DNA of 64,000 nt from a virus: the IMG/VR virus record IMGVR_UViG_3300030004_000009, positions 64,001-128,000 of that record, one strand, 5' to 3'. Every line of letters starts with the position of its first letter. Position 1 is the stretch's first letter. Below, in pieces: positions 20,716-32,019 of this stretch. The notes beneath the pieces are model-generated. The model was not told the origin of the DNA. It saw only the letters and a program-made list of their open reading frames with translations, and did not search any database. A program made the position numbers and the translations under genes.

Positions 20716-21392
20716 TATTTCTTTAAGAATTTAGTGGCTGCTTCACCCACCTCAATTGCAGTCTTTAAATCTATAAGTTGACAACCTACTTTAACACCAT
20801 ATTCTGAAATGAAAGCTTTATAATCACCAACACCTTTTATTAGTTCAAACTTAAAGTCATCAGTTTTTTCAATAACAAAGAAAGGTACAAAATAAGTATC
20901 AACAATATCGATATCATCTGAGTCTAATATGTCATTTACAAATTTAAGTTCATAACCATAAGTATTACCAACACTTTCAACAATAGCTATTTCTTCATTC
21001 TCCCATTTATGTTCTAAATCATAATCCCATTTACCATTCCATCCAAATTGTTCATCTGTTGCATAAGCGATTAACTTTACTGTATCGCCAACTTTAATAT
21101 CGACTTGATTTTGTAGTTTAGTATATAATTCTCGTGGAGTTAATTTCTCCTTTTCAACTTCTTTTGTCATAATTTCTTCAACTATTAAGTGTAATGCATC
21201 GGTGGGATAATACCACCATGTACTTGATCCATCTATTGTCACTGCTGTCGCTATTGCACCATAAGGATAAATGATTTCCTCTACAGTCCCTTCTTTATCA
21301 ACATGATCGTACATACAATTATTCCAACTACAATAATCTTCTTCTCGTTTTGATCGTATTAATTTAACACGATCACCTTTTTTAAAATTCAT
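20715..21392 (-). CDS. hypothetical protein with two SH3/KOW-like repeats
   Basis: FKKGDRVK and IKVGDTVK repeated units. Confidence 0.5.
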   Translation of the reverse strand: MNFKKGDRVKLIRSKREEDYCSWNNCMYDHVDKEGTVEEIIYPYGAIATAVTIDGSSTWWYYPTDALHLIVEEIMTKEVEKEKLTPRELYTKLQNQVDIKVGDTVKLIAYATDEQFGWNGKWDYDLEHKWENEEIAIVESVGNTYGYELKFVNDILDSDDIDIVDTYFVPFFVIEKTDDFKFELIKGVGDYKAFISEYGVKVGCQLIDLKTAIEVGEAATKFLKK

Positions 21393-21393
21393 A

Positions 21394-21852
21394 TTACCAT
21401 CCTAAGAACTTTACTGTGTTATTAAATATATTTGTTAATTGATCACTTAATTTAAATCGATCTCTATTTGCAGTTATTGAATGACAAATATTGCCATTAC
21501 TATGACGCTCTGATGCAGCTTTCCAGTCAAAAAACATCTCAACTATATCAAAGAGATTCATACCATCTATTCCATCTGGATAATGTTGAGGATGATGTGA
21601 GTTCTTTGCATAATGATGTTCAAGAGCTGGTTCTAATTGTTTTAGAAATTGCTTATATTCATCTGAATTATATGTGCATGCTGATAAACCACCTGTAGTT
21701 ATATCAAACAAACTCTTTTCAGGTTCTTTTAATTTAGAATCATCATGAATTTGAGCTCTTTTTATTAATTCCACACATGCAGCAGTTAATAACTGATTTA
21801 CCCTTTTAATGTGTAAGAGGGTATCTGATGTGCTATCGTATTTACTTTCCAT
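21394..21852 (-). CDS. HD-like DUF5662 protein
   Basis: H...HDDSK...HHY..N.HHPQHY...EM..DW.AA. Confidence 0.8.
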   Translation of the reverse strand: MESKYDSTSDTLLHIKRVNQLLTAACVELIKRAQIHDDSKLKEPEKSLFDITTGGLSACTYNSDEYKQFLKQLEPALEHHYAKNSHHPQHYPDGIDGMNLFDIVEMFFDWKAASERHSNGNICHSITANRDRFKLSDQLTNIFNNTVKFLGW

Positions 21853-21860
21853 TATTCTTA

Positions 21861-22802
21861 TTAAAAATCACCATAAGCAACTTGTGCTACTTTTAATCCT
21901 AACTCTTCTCTATACATCTGTACAACACAATTTCTATCGTCAAATAGCATCTCGATATAGTAGTTAGGTCGTATAAACTCATTAAAAATACGTTTCTTAA
22001 TTACTGTATCCTTTTCAAAATTACCAGCTGGACGCATATATAAGTGTTCGTAAATAATACCTACATGTTTTATTAACCATTGTCTTGTCAACTCTCTACA
22101 TGATTCATCACGACCACTTACAAAAATAATTTTATATTCTTTAGATAAACATTGTATTATACTGATAACTTCTTCAATTGGTTTATCAAGATAAACACTT
22201 TTCCAATCATAAGGGCTCCTTAGACCTTCGTGGTCACAAATTGTACCATCTAGATCTACAATTATAGCTTTAGGAAGTGTCTTATCTTGTTTTTTAATAT
22301 CCCAACTTTCTATTTGTAAATGACTATTAATTAAATCATGAATCTTAGATTGTTCACTTTCTAATTGTCTAAACTGTTTATACATTTTAGATAAGACACT
22401 TTCAGGAACTTTCTTTTCACGTTTATTATTACGTTCAATTAAATCAAGTAAAGATAACTCTTGTCCTATGAATTTAACTTTGATTTCAGCTTTACCTTTA
22501 AATTTGGTGAAGAGCTCTTTGATATATTCAAATTTACAATGTGTATTATCAATTACTACATTAAACTTAGATAAAGCTAATTCTACTTGTGAATTCTGTA
22601 TCTTAGTGATTAAATCTTCAACTTCTTTAGACGTTGTATAACTACCTGTTAATTGCATTCGTAAATCATCACGATTTATTCTAACCCATGTAGGATTCTC
22701 TTTAATCAGATTTAAAGCAAATGTTGTCTTACCTGATCCTGGTGAACCTATTAAACATAGTATCTGTCTATTTTGCATTCTCTTCTTGTTCCTCCATATC
22801 AA
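21861..22802 (-). CDS. pseT: polynucleotide 5'-kinase / 3'-phosphatase (PseT-like)
   Basis: GSPGSGKT and RDDLR kinase motifs; DLDGT, SGR and FDDR HAD motifs. Confidence 0.9.
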   Translation of the reverse strand: MIWRNKKRMQNRQILCLIGSPGSGKTTFALNLIKENPTWVRINRDDLRMQLTGSYTTSKEVEDLITKIQNSQVELALSKFNVVIDNTHCKFEYIKELFTKFKGKAEIKVKFIGQELSLLDLIERNNKREKKVPESVLSKMYKQFRQLESEQSKIHDLINSHLQIESWDIKKQDKTLPKAIIVDLDGTICDHEGLRSPYDWKSVYLDKPIEEVISIIQCLSKEYKIIFVSGRDESCRELTRQWLIKHVGIIYEHLYMRPAGNFEKDTVIKKRIFNEFIRPNYYIEMLFDDRNCVVQMYREELGLKVAQVAYGDF

Positions 22803-24117
22803 CTATACCTTCATCTTTAGCTTTACTTTCATGTAGTTTATAACCATCATTAATCATTTTTAATGCAAATGCAGACAATCCTTCTACTCGAACCACTATA
22901 CCTTCTTCAATAACTTTGTTACGACAAAAGATCGATTGTTGATTTTTGACATATGTAGTTTTAAGAAAGTGATAAAAAGTCTCTTGCCATCTAATAATCC
23001 AATTATCACCGTCTACATTAGTTATATTAACTAAATCTTTAGCTTTACCATAATAGATTAAGGGTACTGGTTGAATATTTAACTCTTTACATCTTTGTTG
23101 CATTAAACGATAAGGAAGATCAATAGTATTACCATCTTCACCTGTATAAGTTATACGATATACAAATGCCTTGTGTTCTTCTGGTAGACATCCATAATCA
23201 TATTTTGCTTGAATTGCACCTCCAGATGGGGTGAAACCCACAATTTCTCCATATATGGACTCTCCTGCAAATAATTTGTCCTTAAGGGTTTCATTAACCA
23301 TCCCATAAATATCCTCTTTATAATATCCACCTCTTTCCTTCTCTGATGTCTCATTCTTTATTACAGTCCTGCTGCTATAAAGGTTAGCTTGTTCTTTCTC
23401 TATAATAGCTACTCCGAATCGTTTAAGTAGTTTTTCAAACCAGTTAAGTCTTCGTTTACAAAGTACTTTAGAGGATATGAAACTAGTACCGTGGAGTTTC
23501 CACGTAATAGAGATAAGGTCTTCCGGTTCCAGTCTATGGAGATTCTTATCGAGATGGGCCGTGCTTGAATGGAATTTGAATTGTTTCTCAATGATTCTAC
23601 TTTCATACTTTTTATAGTGTTTGTCTCTACTGTTAGGAATTCCTACTTTATTCTGACTCACTTGACTAGGAGCTATATACTTAGAAAGTAATATAAAATC
23701 TCCTATCTGATCAAACTCTTCATTAATATGATATTTTAATTTTAAATACTTATCACCTATTATAGGCTCTAGAGTTTCAATTGGTGCAACGTAGCCGTCA
23801 CTCATATTACCCTTAAACTTAACAGGCTTTACACGTGCTGATTGTTCAAAGAACCCACCTTTAGCTAATCTATCTTCGTTAAGTTGAAGATCAGCTCTAA
23901 ACTCATTGTTTTTTGAAAGATAAAGTGGATTAAGTTTTGAACCTGATGGGAAGTATATTGCTATACTTCCTGGTACTGTATTTCTTGACGTAAGTATAGG
24001 ACGTCTATCTATTGTTATCTCGACTAAATTATCTAAACCTTTTATTTCTCTTGGCTCTGGAACCACTATGACCTTACAGAGATAGTTTTCATTATGTCCT
24101 TCTGATTTCTTTAACAC
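22768..24117 (-). CDS. RNA ligase (Rnl2/DRB0094-like) with N-terminal OB-like domain
   Basis: KLHGTS, YGEIVG, EGIVVR and ALK motifs; adjacent to pseT. Confidence 0.85.
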   Translation of the reverse strand: MLKKSEGHNENYLCKVIVVPEPREIKGLDNLVEITIDRRPILTSRNTVPGSIAIYFPSGSKLNPLYLSKNNEFRADLQLNEDRLAKGGFFEQSARVKPVKFKGNMSDGYVAPIETLEPIIGDKYLKLKYHINEEFDQIGDFILLSKYIAPSQVSQNKVGIPNSRDKHYKKYESRIIEKQFKFHSSTAHLDKNLHRLEPEDLISITWKLHGTSFISSKVLCKRRLNWFEKLLKRFGVAIIEKEQANLYSSRTVIKNETSEKERGGYYKEDIYGMVNETLKDKLFAGESIYGEIVGFTPSGGAIQAKYDYGCLPEEHKAFVYRITYTGEDGNTIDLPYRLMQQRCKELNIQPVPLIYYGKAKDLVNITNVDGDNWIIRWQETFYHFLKTTYVKNQQSIFCRNKVIEEGIVVRVEGLSAFALKMINDGYKLHESKAKDEGIVDMEEQEENAK

Positions 24118-24366
24118 TTAATTATAAGTACCATTATTCGTTTGACTTTTATATTTATCTGTTTGTATAAATAAGTTCCCTACATATTCGTCTGACTCAT
24201 CATAACTATATTGTTTCTTACAGTATGGGCATTCAAATATACCTGTTTCCTTATCTATCATGACTTCAACTAATAGATCTTCTGGAGTTATAGATTCTCC
24301 ATTATTTCTTCGTGCTGTGCAACTCACACAACTACATAATACTGATTTTCCGCAATGTGGACACAT
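24118..24366 (-). CDS. Cys-rich zinc-binding protein
   Basis: CPHC, CSC..C and CPYC. Confidence 0.5.
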   Translation of the reverse strand: MCPHCGKSVLCSCVSCTARRNNGESITPEDLLVEVMIDKETGIFECPYCKKQYSYDESDEYVGNLFIQTDKYKSQTNNGTYN

Positions 24367-24367
24367 A

Positions 24368-25704
24368 TTATTTCTTTACTACTTTACAGTTAAACTTATT
24401 AAGACTACTTAACATTCGTAAATACCTATATTTACTTAATTCAAGTGAATCTATAATCTGATCTAAAGTTTCTTCTTGAGTATAATCTAAGATATACTTT
24501 CTCCCTGTAGTTAGTTCTATTTGACTAATGTATGATACTTGCTCTAACTTCTTAAAAGGCCAACTTCCTACTTTCACTTTTTGATCTTTTTCAGTATAAC
24601 CTTTTAATGAGTAAACTGAGCCATCACTATCTAGTAATAACAGACCTTTTAAGTCATTAAGTCTTTTTATTATTTCTATATATTTCTCTTTCATCTACAT
24701 ATTTCTAAATGATGTTTTTAAATCAAATCCTGCTGCTACTATCTTTTCTTTATTCTCTCTATTATCAACATACTCTTCTTTAGGTGCTAACCATGCAGAT
24801 AACATTAAAAAGATTTCTTGAGGTGGTAATATAGAGTTTATATTTAACTCTTTTAAACATGGATAATATATAAACTTTGTCTGATCGTAATTAGTAGGTA
24901 TCATTATAGGACATTGTTCTCGTGTATTAGGTTTTCTATCATGAACGTAACCCTTTAGAAGAAATGAAGTATAGTGAGTTCCTCTTTGCTTATCACCTTT
25001 CTCAGTTTTAATAGATACACTAATATAGTTCTTTTGCTCTTCTAATTCTTCTGGATTTAAAAGTTGAAGTAAATCTTTACCCCAATAATATTTACCATTA
25101 GTATAATAGCCTTCATAAACTATATCACAAATAAAGACTTGTACTTTACTTCCAAAATAGTTAGAAGAAATATAAGGTTTAAATGTTCCAGAACTTCTCC
25201 TATCAAGTACTGTATTATCATCTATCCCGTAAATACCAACGAGATAGTCATAGTAATCTTTATACTTTGATAATATCCTCATATTATTAAATTTAAAGCT
25301 TCTTTTAGTGCTTCTTCTAAAGTACATTCATAAGTATCAGATGATAAATCTTCTATACGTAGTATTTCATTTTCATGAACCTTACAATAGTAGTAATCAT
25401 TTATTAGTGGATTAAAATCTCTATTTGTATTAGGATAGAACGCTATACATACGTTAATTTTATGAGTTTCTCTTAACCATCGTTGTAATAAACTTTGACT
25501 TGGTGCTGTACAAACTACATTTTCAATACTAAAGTAAGCATTAGCTATCTCTGAGTTTTTAACCTCACCTCCAGATTCATAATAAGCTAATTCGTCTAGA
25601 TAATCACAACCACTTGTGTGTGAAAACACATGATTACACTCTTCATCAAATCCTTTTTTCTTAGCTAATAAAGCTGTCTGATATTTTATAAGTTCTTCTT
25701 TCAT
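24368..25704 (-). CDS. three hypothetical proteins (24368-24694, 24695-25327, 25279-25704)
   Basis: MRI.S..KDYYD...GFD..TSFR and TA.LAK.KGF...APSQS.LQRWLRE families typical of Bacteroidota phages. Confidence 0.55.
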
Positions 25705-26068
25705 CCTTCTAAGATATATTCATGAGTAGTTATTGATTGTAAAGCTTCTATTAGATCATTAAGTTCTATGATAGCTGAATACCATCTCTTAGATTCTATA
25801 AGAGATTTAACTTTATCTAAGTGTTGTGGTAATAATGCTATTGATGAATCTAATGACTCTTGTACTTCTTGTTCTGTTAACATTATTCTTTCTCTAATAT
25901 AAAGTCAATAATAGGTATAAGGCTTATATTTGCAAGTAGTTTTGCTGCTTTTTCTGATGCCGCATCAAATTTATCATTTTCTATGAGTGCTACTATTTTA
26001 GTAGCTATTTCAAGCAATTGTGGTTTGACATCAATTGCTAATTGCTTTAATTCTTCTTGTGTTTTCAT
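25701..26068 (-). CDS. two paralogous ~60 aa helical proteins
   Basis: M.T..E...L..I..LIE...A...L...I...ILE pattern in both. Confidence 0.5.
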
Positions 26069-26082
26069 AATTTTGACTAATG

Positions 26083-26111
26083 AAAAAGGAGACCGTTTCT
26101 GATCTCCTTTT
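26083..26111 (-). terminator. intrinsic terminator (possibly bidirectional)
   Basis: AAAAGGAGA/TCTCCTTTT stem downstream of phoH. Confidence 0.65.
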
Positions 26112-26116
26112 AGTTT

Positions 26117-26842
26117 TTATTTTTCTTTAAGTTGTTCATCTATTATGTCCATGATTTCTAAGGCCAATTTCGACCTAAAGTTCTCTGTAAGTTCAAATGA
26201 ACCTACTCCTTCTAACTTCATAATAGATTGGAAGAAATAACCTGCACTCTGATGTTTATCAACTAAATCAATTTGAGCTATATCAGATGTAAACAACATA
26301 TATGCATCTTTACATATACGGGTTGTAAGAGCTTTAAGCTCATGAGCAGTTAAATTTTCCGCTTCATCAATAATTACAACGCAGTCTTCAAAGTTTAAAC
26401 CACGTACAAATTGAATAGGTACTATAGTTATTTTCTCTTCTTTGATCCAAGTATCAATACTTACCTTATCCTTTAATCTATAAAGTGCTTGAATAATAGG
26501 AGCCATGTATGGTTGCATTTTACCTTCAGTAAAACTCATCGCAACTCCTGGAAGGAAACCCATAGTCTTACCAACGTCAACCATTGGTCTAGTTACTACA
26601 ATTTTACTTACTGCTCCTGTTTGAAGTAAGTGACATGCAATATTACACGCTAGCAATGTTTTAGATGTACCAGCACGTCCTGTAAAGATAGTAACTTGAT
26701 TTTCTAAGGCAATTGCCTTAGCTCTCTTTTGTTCTTCTGTTAACTTAACATGAAATGTTGGAACTGTCTTAAGAATTTTTTTAGTCTTCTGCTTTGGTTC
26801 CTTCTCACGAGAAGAGTCTTCAATCTTGTTTAGTTCTATCAT
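26117..26842 (-). CDS. phoH: PhoH-family ATPase
   Basis: GRAGTSKT, TRP, GFLPG, RG.NF, DEAEN and D..Q.D motifs. Confidence 0.9.
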   Translation of the reverse strand: MIELNKIEDSSREKEPKQKTKKILKTVPTFHVKLTEEQKRAKAIALENQVTIFTGRAGTSKTLLACNIACHLLQTGAVSKIVVTRPMVDVGKTMGFLPGVAMSFTEGKMQPYMAPIIQALYRLKDKVSIDTWIKEEKITIVPIQFVRGLNFEDCVVIIDEAENLTAHELKALTTRICKDAYMLFTSDIAQIDLVDKHQSAGYFFQSIMKLEGVGSFELTENFRSKLALEIMDIIDEQLKEK

Positions 26843-26851
26843 TTAGCTCTA

Positions 26852-27433
26852 TTAGTTAACTCCTGTACTACCAAATCCGCCTTGACCTCTATCGGTATCG
26901 CTTAATTTATCTACTGGAATCCATTTAATCTGGGCGTATTCTGATAATACAAATTGTGCTATACGATCACCATTATTAATTTCAAAAGCTTTATCACCAT
27001 GATTAATAAGTAAAACTTTAATTTCGTTCCTATAGTCAGAATCCACCAAACCTGGTGAGTTAGCAACAGTTATCCCATGTTTAAAAGCAAGACCACTCCT
27101 TGGATAGATTTCTAGCTTGTATCCTTTTGGTATAGCTGCAAATATACCTGTAGGTATTAATTTACGTTGACCTGGTTCTAAAATTATTGGATAATCTAAT
27201 AATGCTCTTATATCCGCACCTGCAGAACCACTAGTCTCGTATTGTGGTAACTTGCTAACAGGACACTTGTTAGGATCTGAATTAAGAACTTCAACATTTC
27301 TTTCACCCATATTTATAACTTGTGAATAACCACTAGTAAAGGTAAAATTTCCACCTTCAAATCCTTTAACTGTATAATCTTCTAACCATTCTCTTGTGAT
27401 TGCTGTATCTTTAACACTGTGTATTTGAGTCAT
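26852..27433 (-). CDS. dut: trimeric dUTPase
   Basis: AGADI, PRSGLA, G.VDSDYR, RIAQ and RGQGGFGSTG motifs. Confidence 0.95.
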   Translation of the reverse strand: MTQIHSVKDTAITREWLEDYTVKGFEGGNFTFTSGYSQVINMGERNVEVLNSDPNKCPVSKLPQYETSGSAGADIRALLDYPIILEPGQRKLIPTGIFAAIPKGYKLEIYPRSGLAFKHGITVANSPGLVDSDYRNEIKVLLINHGDKAFEINNGDRIAQFVLSEYAQIKWIPVDKLSDTDRGQGGFGSTGVN

Positions 27434-27747
27434 AACTTTGCATTTATTCTATCAACTGTGATAGGTCCTTCTTCAGAATATACTGCTGCATATTCTTGCT
27501 TATCTTCAGGTAAACTATCATCTATTAAAAGTACAAATGGTAACTTAGTAACTGCATATTTATGCATAACTGTAGTTGCATCGCGTCGAGTTGTAAAATC
27601 TTTACAGTCAACACTAAGAAGCTCAAAGAACAATTGTTCTTTAAACTTCTTTGAATGCATCATTAATCTATCAACATATGGCCTTACCTCTTTATTTGAT
27701 ATAAATTTTATGATTTTCATATGACACAACCATCTTGACCTGAACAC
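27430..27747 (-). CDS. thioredoxin-fold-like small protein without CxxC
   Basis: lies next to RNR; KY....LPF...YSE pattern seen in crAss-like phages. Confidence 0.4.
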   Translation of the reverse strand: MFRSRWLCHMKIIKFISNKEVRPYVDRLMMHSKKFKEQLFFELLSVDCKDFTTRRDATTVMHKYAVTKLPFVLLIDDSLPEDKQEYAAVYSEEGPITVDRINAKL

Positions 27748-30700
27748 GCTAGTGCTCCCATACTATCTGCATTACGTAGATCTTCATTAAGCTCTACTTT
27801 GCTCCAGTCTACAGTTTGCCAATTACGACAAATCTTTATCCATTTATGATAGTTCTGCACATCTTTTAAGCAATAAGTCATCTTCTCTAAATCTCCATTA
27901 AAATTATTAGCTGCAAATTGCTTTGCTCTCCTAATCCAATCAACTTTAGCTGAGAATTTAAATACTGTGCTTCTTAAATCATTTGATAAAAACTCTCTAT
28001 ATGCTTTCCTAGGTGGTTTAACACCCAAACCTTTCATATTCTTCGCGTATTCTTCATCAGCTTTGAGTTGTAACCACATAGTACCAATATCCATAGTACC
28101 CATTACCTTCTCAACTTCTTCATCAGTATAAACTAGCTTTTCGCCTCTATCAAGTACTGTATCACATGCTGTCCATAAAGTATCGAATACCTCAAGAGCA
28201 TCGACAATTAATCCAGAAGCAAATATTGCGGCAGAACCGTACATTTCGACCATCTCCTGTGGCGTATATACTGCAGTATTTGGTGCTTGGTTATAGTTCC
28301 TATCACCTCCTCTTGCCATAGTTGATATACCAGCAAACCATTGACGATTCTCATATACATACTTAGTAAATACATCCCAATCATCAATATCAACAGTATT
28401 TGACACATTATGTCTTAAATAAGGTTTTGTGCATAAATCAATATTTGTACCTTCTTCAATCCAGTTTTGTTGAATTGATTTGATAATCTCAAGATGTTTT
28501 ACATTAAATATATCACTCTTATAAAGTTCAGTACCTTTAGTTACTATTGGAAAAGCTAAACAATAATCAGTACCACTAGAAGACCATACAGACTGTTCTA
28601 CTGCGTTTGGATTTAAATCCTTAAATACTTGAGCACCTAACTCTTGTCTATTAGCTTGTACATGTCGTATATACATATGTGAATGTTCAGGTGATACACC
28701 AGAAGTTGTTTCAAGTAGAATTGCGGTATTACCTGCTGGTTTAGAACATGTAGTTCGAGCAGATTGATTAATACCAATCATTTCAGCAACTATCTTATTC
28801 CAATATTTTACAATTCTAGCACCTTCTCGTTGTACTTCTTCGTTTAAAAGAACATCAGGTTGAGTTAGCCACCCAGTCACAGATACACCAAGTAGAGCTT
28901 CATGTTCAAATATCTTCTTAGTGGCCTCAGTTACATACTTAAAGTTAGTAAACCCAGCCTGAAGAGTTCCCATGATTGCACCAGCTTTACAAGCTTGATA
29001 AAAGGTTTCAGGAGTATTACAACGAACTCCAGCAATTTCAACAAGATTACAACCTTGCCAGCCTGATTCTCCAGTTATTGTTTGTGGATGCATGGAGATT
29101 TCAACACAGTTTCCAGTTAGAATGCCATTAAACATACCCATATGCCTTAAAGGTTCATTAAAGCAATAAGTATCATCATATCGATTTTCATCGATTATTT
29201 CTAATACTTTTGTAAATTGACCTGCATCACGCTCTGGTTTCTTAGCTTCATAAACTAATCTATGAGTTATTAAACCTAGTTGAGATAACTTATGAAGATT
29301 AACTGAAGATATTAATATCCTATAACACTTCTTAGTATCGTAGTCTTTATACTCACCTGTACCATCATTTTTTGGTAAACTAGATTTACCAGCTTCTCTT
29401 GCAGTTTTTACTTTACTTCTAATACCTAATGTTTGTAACATTAATTGTACTTCCTTTAGAAAATCTAAATGAATAGAAGATATTTGTAAGCCTTCATTAC
29501 CATCTCTTTTGTCTCTTGCAACACAACCATCAGAATCTAATAGACCTGCAAACCATTGAAGCCTACTTTCTATAGTATATCGTGCATCTGGTACAAAAAA
29601 CTTAGCTTGTAAACCTTTAACATTACCAAATGTAATCCTTTCATTATTTTCACTTCTAAAAGAATTTCCTGATTCTATGAAAGGTTCTAATAGTTTCTTT
29701 TCAGAGTATAGATATATTATAGCATTATTTTCAAAGAAGCAACCATCACCAGAGTAGAACCCATTAGTATAAGCTTTACTTAATTGTTGATCCCCTTCTA
29801 TAATAGGTAGATCATACTTTATTAATTTATCACCAATCTCTAATCCACTAGTTTCAATCTTTTTATATTGTGGTTTACCTTTATGAATTCCATCATATAT
29901 ATACCACTTATGATAAGGTGTACATTCAAGTAGAGTGCCATCATCTAAAATCACTTTTAATATTTTCTGGTTTTCACCTGTTTTCTTAATTGTAACTTCA
30001 GACCATTGTTCTCCATTCCATATCTTAGTAATTTGATCTTCTAGAGTTGAAATTTGTTGATATCCAATTTCAGTTAGCACATTCGTCTCTGGAGTGACGC
30101 AGGGATTGAAAACTGTGTCTTCATCATCAACAAAGATAAAACCAGGTTCTCCAAAGATTTTAGCATTATTAACTAAGGCTTCAAATTCACTTAATGTGAC
30201 CTTACTTCTCATAAGGGCACACGAATTGTTGCTACGTCCCCTTTGTGCCTGATCAATGAACCAATTGCCAGTTTTAGCTTGTGCCATCTTAGTATCAGTA
30301 GGTGAAAATAGAAATATAGTTGCACTACGACGTACACCACCACTAAGAACTGCATCAGCAATATGCATTACTATATCATAAGAGTCAATAGTCTCTAATT
30401 TACCACTTTGTTGATTAACAACTCGATTAAGTAAATCTTCAATTTTCTCTAATGACTTCTTAAGACCGTTTGGTCCAGGAGCTTTAAAGCCACCAGATAT
30501 AAGAGCTCCTTCTTCACGAATTAAAGAATAATCCATATGAACTATCTTTCCAGAGTATTCAGGAAATGTACCATGTTCTTTAGAAAGGAATGAGGATATT
30601 AAGACACCTACACTATCAGCCCAACCTTCTATACTATCAGGAATTTGATAAGTTTTTGTAGCTTTTCCCCTTTTAATAAGTAAGGGAAGTTTGTCATGAT

Positions 30701-31097
30701 GTTTATACTGAACACTAGTTCCAGTACCGCATCCGCATAAAAGTAAATACATACACTCTTGAAAGTACCTAGGTCTATCACAATACGACGATAAGCAATT
30801 GTAAACTTTCATCTCATGTTTAAGAACTTGAGGTCCTCCAAACTGCAATATACGTTGAGATGCTAAAACTAACCTATCTTTATAAGCTTCTCTTGCAAAC
30901 TCAATAAGTTCACGTAACTCTGCATTCTTAACTACTATATCTTTATATTTAGTAATATAAGTTTGATTAAAGACTCTATCTACTGCCTCATCCCATGTCT
31001 CTTTACGATTCTGTCCTTCAACTTTACGTAAATAAGCACTAAAGAGTTTATATTCTGCTAGTTCATGTCTTGTATTTAATTCTTCGTTATAGGCCAT
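27717..31097 (-). CDS. nrdJ: class II (adenosylcobalamin) ribonucleotide reductase with intein
   Basis: YNC, GGVRRSA, NP|CVEI after splicing, CNL.EI, KPAG and a C-terminal Cys pair; no nrdB in the window. Confidence 0.85.
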   Translation of the reverse strand: MAYNEELNTRHELAEYKLFSAYLRKVEGQNRKETWDEAVDRVFNQTYITKYKDIVVKNAELRELIEFAREAYKDRLVLASQRILQFGGPQVLKHEMKVYNCLSSYCDRPRYFQECMYLLLCGCGTGTSVQYKHHDKLPLLIKRGKATKTYQIPDSIEGWADSVGVLISSFLSKEHGTFPEYSGKIVHMDYSLIREEGALISGGFKAPGPNGLKKSLEKIEDLLNRVVNQQSGKLETIDSYDIVMHIADAVLSGGVRRSATIFLFSPTDTKMAQAKTGNWFIDQAQRGRSNNSCALMRSKVTLSEFEALVNNAKIFGEPGFIFVDDEDTVFNPCVTPETNVLTEIGYQQISTLEDQITKIWNGEQWSEVTIKKTGENQKILKVILDDGTLLECTPYHKWYIYDGIHKGKPQYKKIETSGLEIGDKLIKYDLPIIEGDQQLSKAYTNGFYSGDGCFFENNAIIYLYSEKKLLEPFIESGNSFRSENNERITFGNVKGLQAKFFVPDARYTIESRLQWFAGLLDSDGCVARDKRDGNEGLQISSIHLDFLKEVQLMLQTLGIRSKVKTAREAGKSSLPKNDGTGEYKDYDTKKCYRILISSVNLHKLSQLGLITHRLVYEAKKPERDAGQFTKVLEIIDENRYDDTYCFNEPLRHMGMFNGILTGNCVEISMHPQTITGESGWQGCNLVEIAGVRCNTPETFYQACKAGAIMGTLQAGFTNFKYVTEATKKIFEHEALLGVSVTGWLTQPDVLLNEEVQREGARIVKYWNKIVAEMIGINQSARTTCSKPAGNTAILLETTSGVSPEHSHMYIRHVQANRQELGAQVFKDLNPNAVEQSVWSSSGTDYCLAFPIVTKGTELYKSDIFNVKHLEIIKSIQQNWIEEGTNIDLCTKPYLRHNVSNTVDIDDWDVFTKYVYENRQWFAGISTMARGGDRNYNQAPNTAVYTPQEMVEMYGSAAIFASGLIVDALEVFDTLWTACDTVLDRGEKLVYTDEEVEKVMGTMDIGTMWLQLKADEEYAKNMKGLGVKPPRKAYREFLSNDLRSTVFKFSAKVDWIRRAKQFAANNFNGDLEKMTYCLKDVQNYHKWIKICRNWQTVDWSKVELNEDLRNADSMGALACSGQDGCVI
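29109..30101 (-). mobile_element. intein (331 aa) with LAGLIDADG endonuclease
   Basis: Starts CVTPET, block B LECTPYHKW, GFYSGDG and AGLLDSDG motifs, ends ILTGN before the extein Cys. Confidence 0.9.
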
Positions 31098-32019
31098 TAA
31101 TTATTTGATCAAATGTGCATAAGCCGTATCGATCTCCAAATATCTCTATAAAACTTGTATATTCACTATCTGTTAATTCTATTACTTCTATACCTTCCAT
31201 AATATCACTATAGGATTCAAATGAAAGAAACTCATTATCAATACTTACTTCAATATAGAACTCATCATCTACGAAAGCTTGTTCTAACTCGTCGAGGGCT
31301 ATCTCATAGTCCTCTTTTGTCATTATAACAAAACCATCATAATGACAATGAAAATCATAACTTGTTTTTATTAATAAATTACTCATAACGTCTCCTTAAT
31401 ATAGCTTGAATGTTTGGTTCAAGCTGTTTCTTAACTAATAATTCATCTCTTATTATAGCAGTCTCTTTTTCAGTTATGACAAAGTTACCAGTTGCACTAA
31501 TATCTATTCTACCACCTTCTTTAAGAACTACTAATATGTATTCTTCCATTTTATAAATAGTTTAAAGGATTAAAACCGGTTTCAAGTTTAAAGTAATCAA
31601 ATACTTTAATAGCACTTTCATTACTAGTTATAGGTTGAAAATCTTTAGCACCTAATTTTACAATAAGTCCAGCATATTTAGGTAAATATTTACTTAAAGG
31701 AACTGTTTTACCCATTACTTTTTTAAGTTCTTCATTGTCAGCTATAAATAAACCTTCAAGTCTTATCTTATCTTCATAAGACCATTTATATCTATAGATA
31801 CTTCTCATCGATCAGATACAATTGGTGTATTGTAAATATAACCTTCACCTCTATAAAGCTCATAGGCTACTTGTGTATCATTAGCTACTTTAGCATCATT
31901 TTCACTTACCTTTGACTCCTTACTTAAAGCAAACTTAACTTCTTGAGTTTCACTATCACGCCATATAACTAATTGTTCTTCATTAAGACAAGCTATAATA
32001 TGTGTTAATTCTTGTTTAG

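Noticed and set aside
27717-31097. Class I RNR (nrdA)
   Set aside because: No nrdB in the window, and the GGVRRSA motif and overall layout fit monomeric class II enzymes better.
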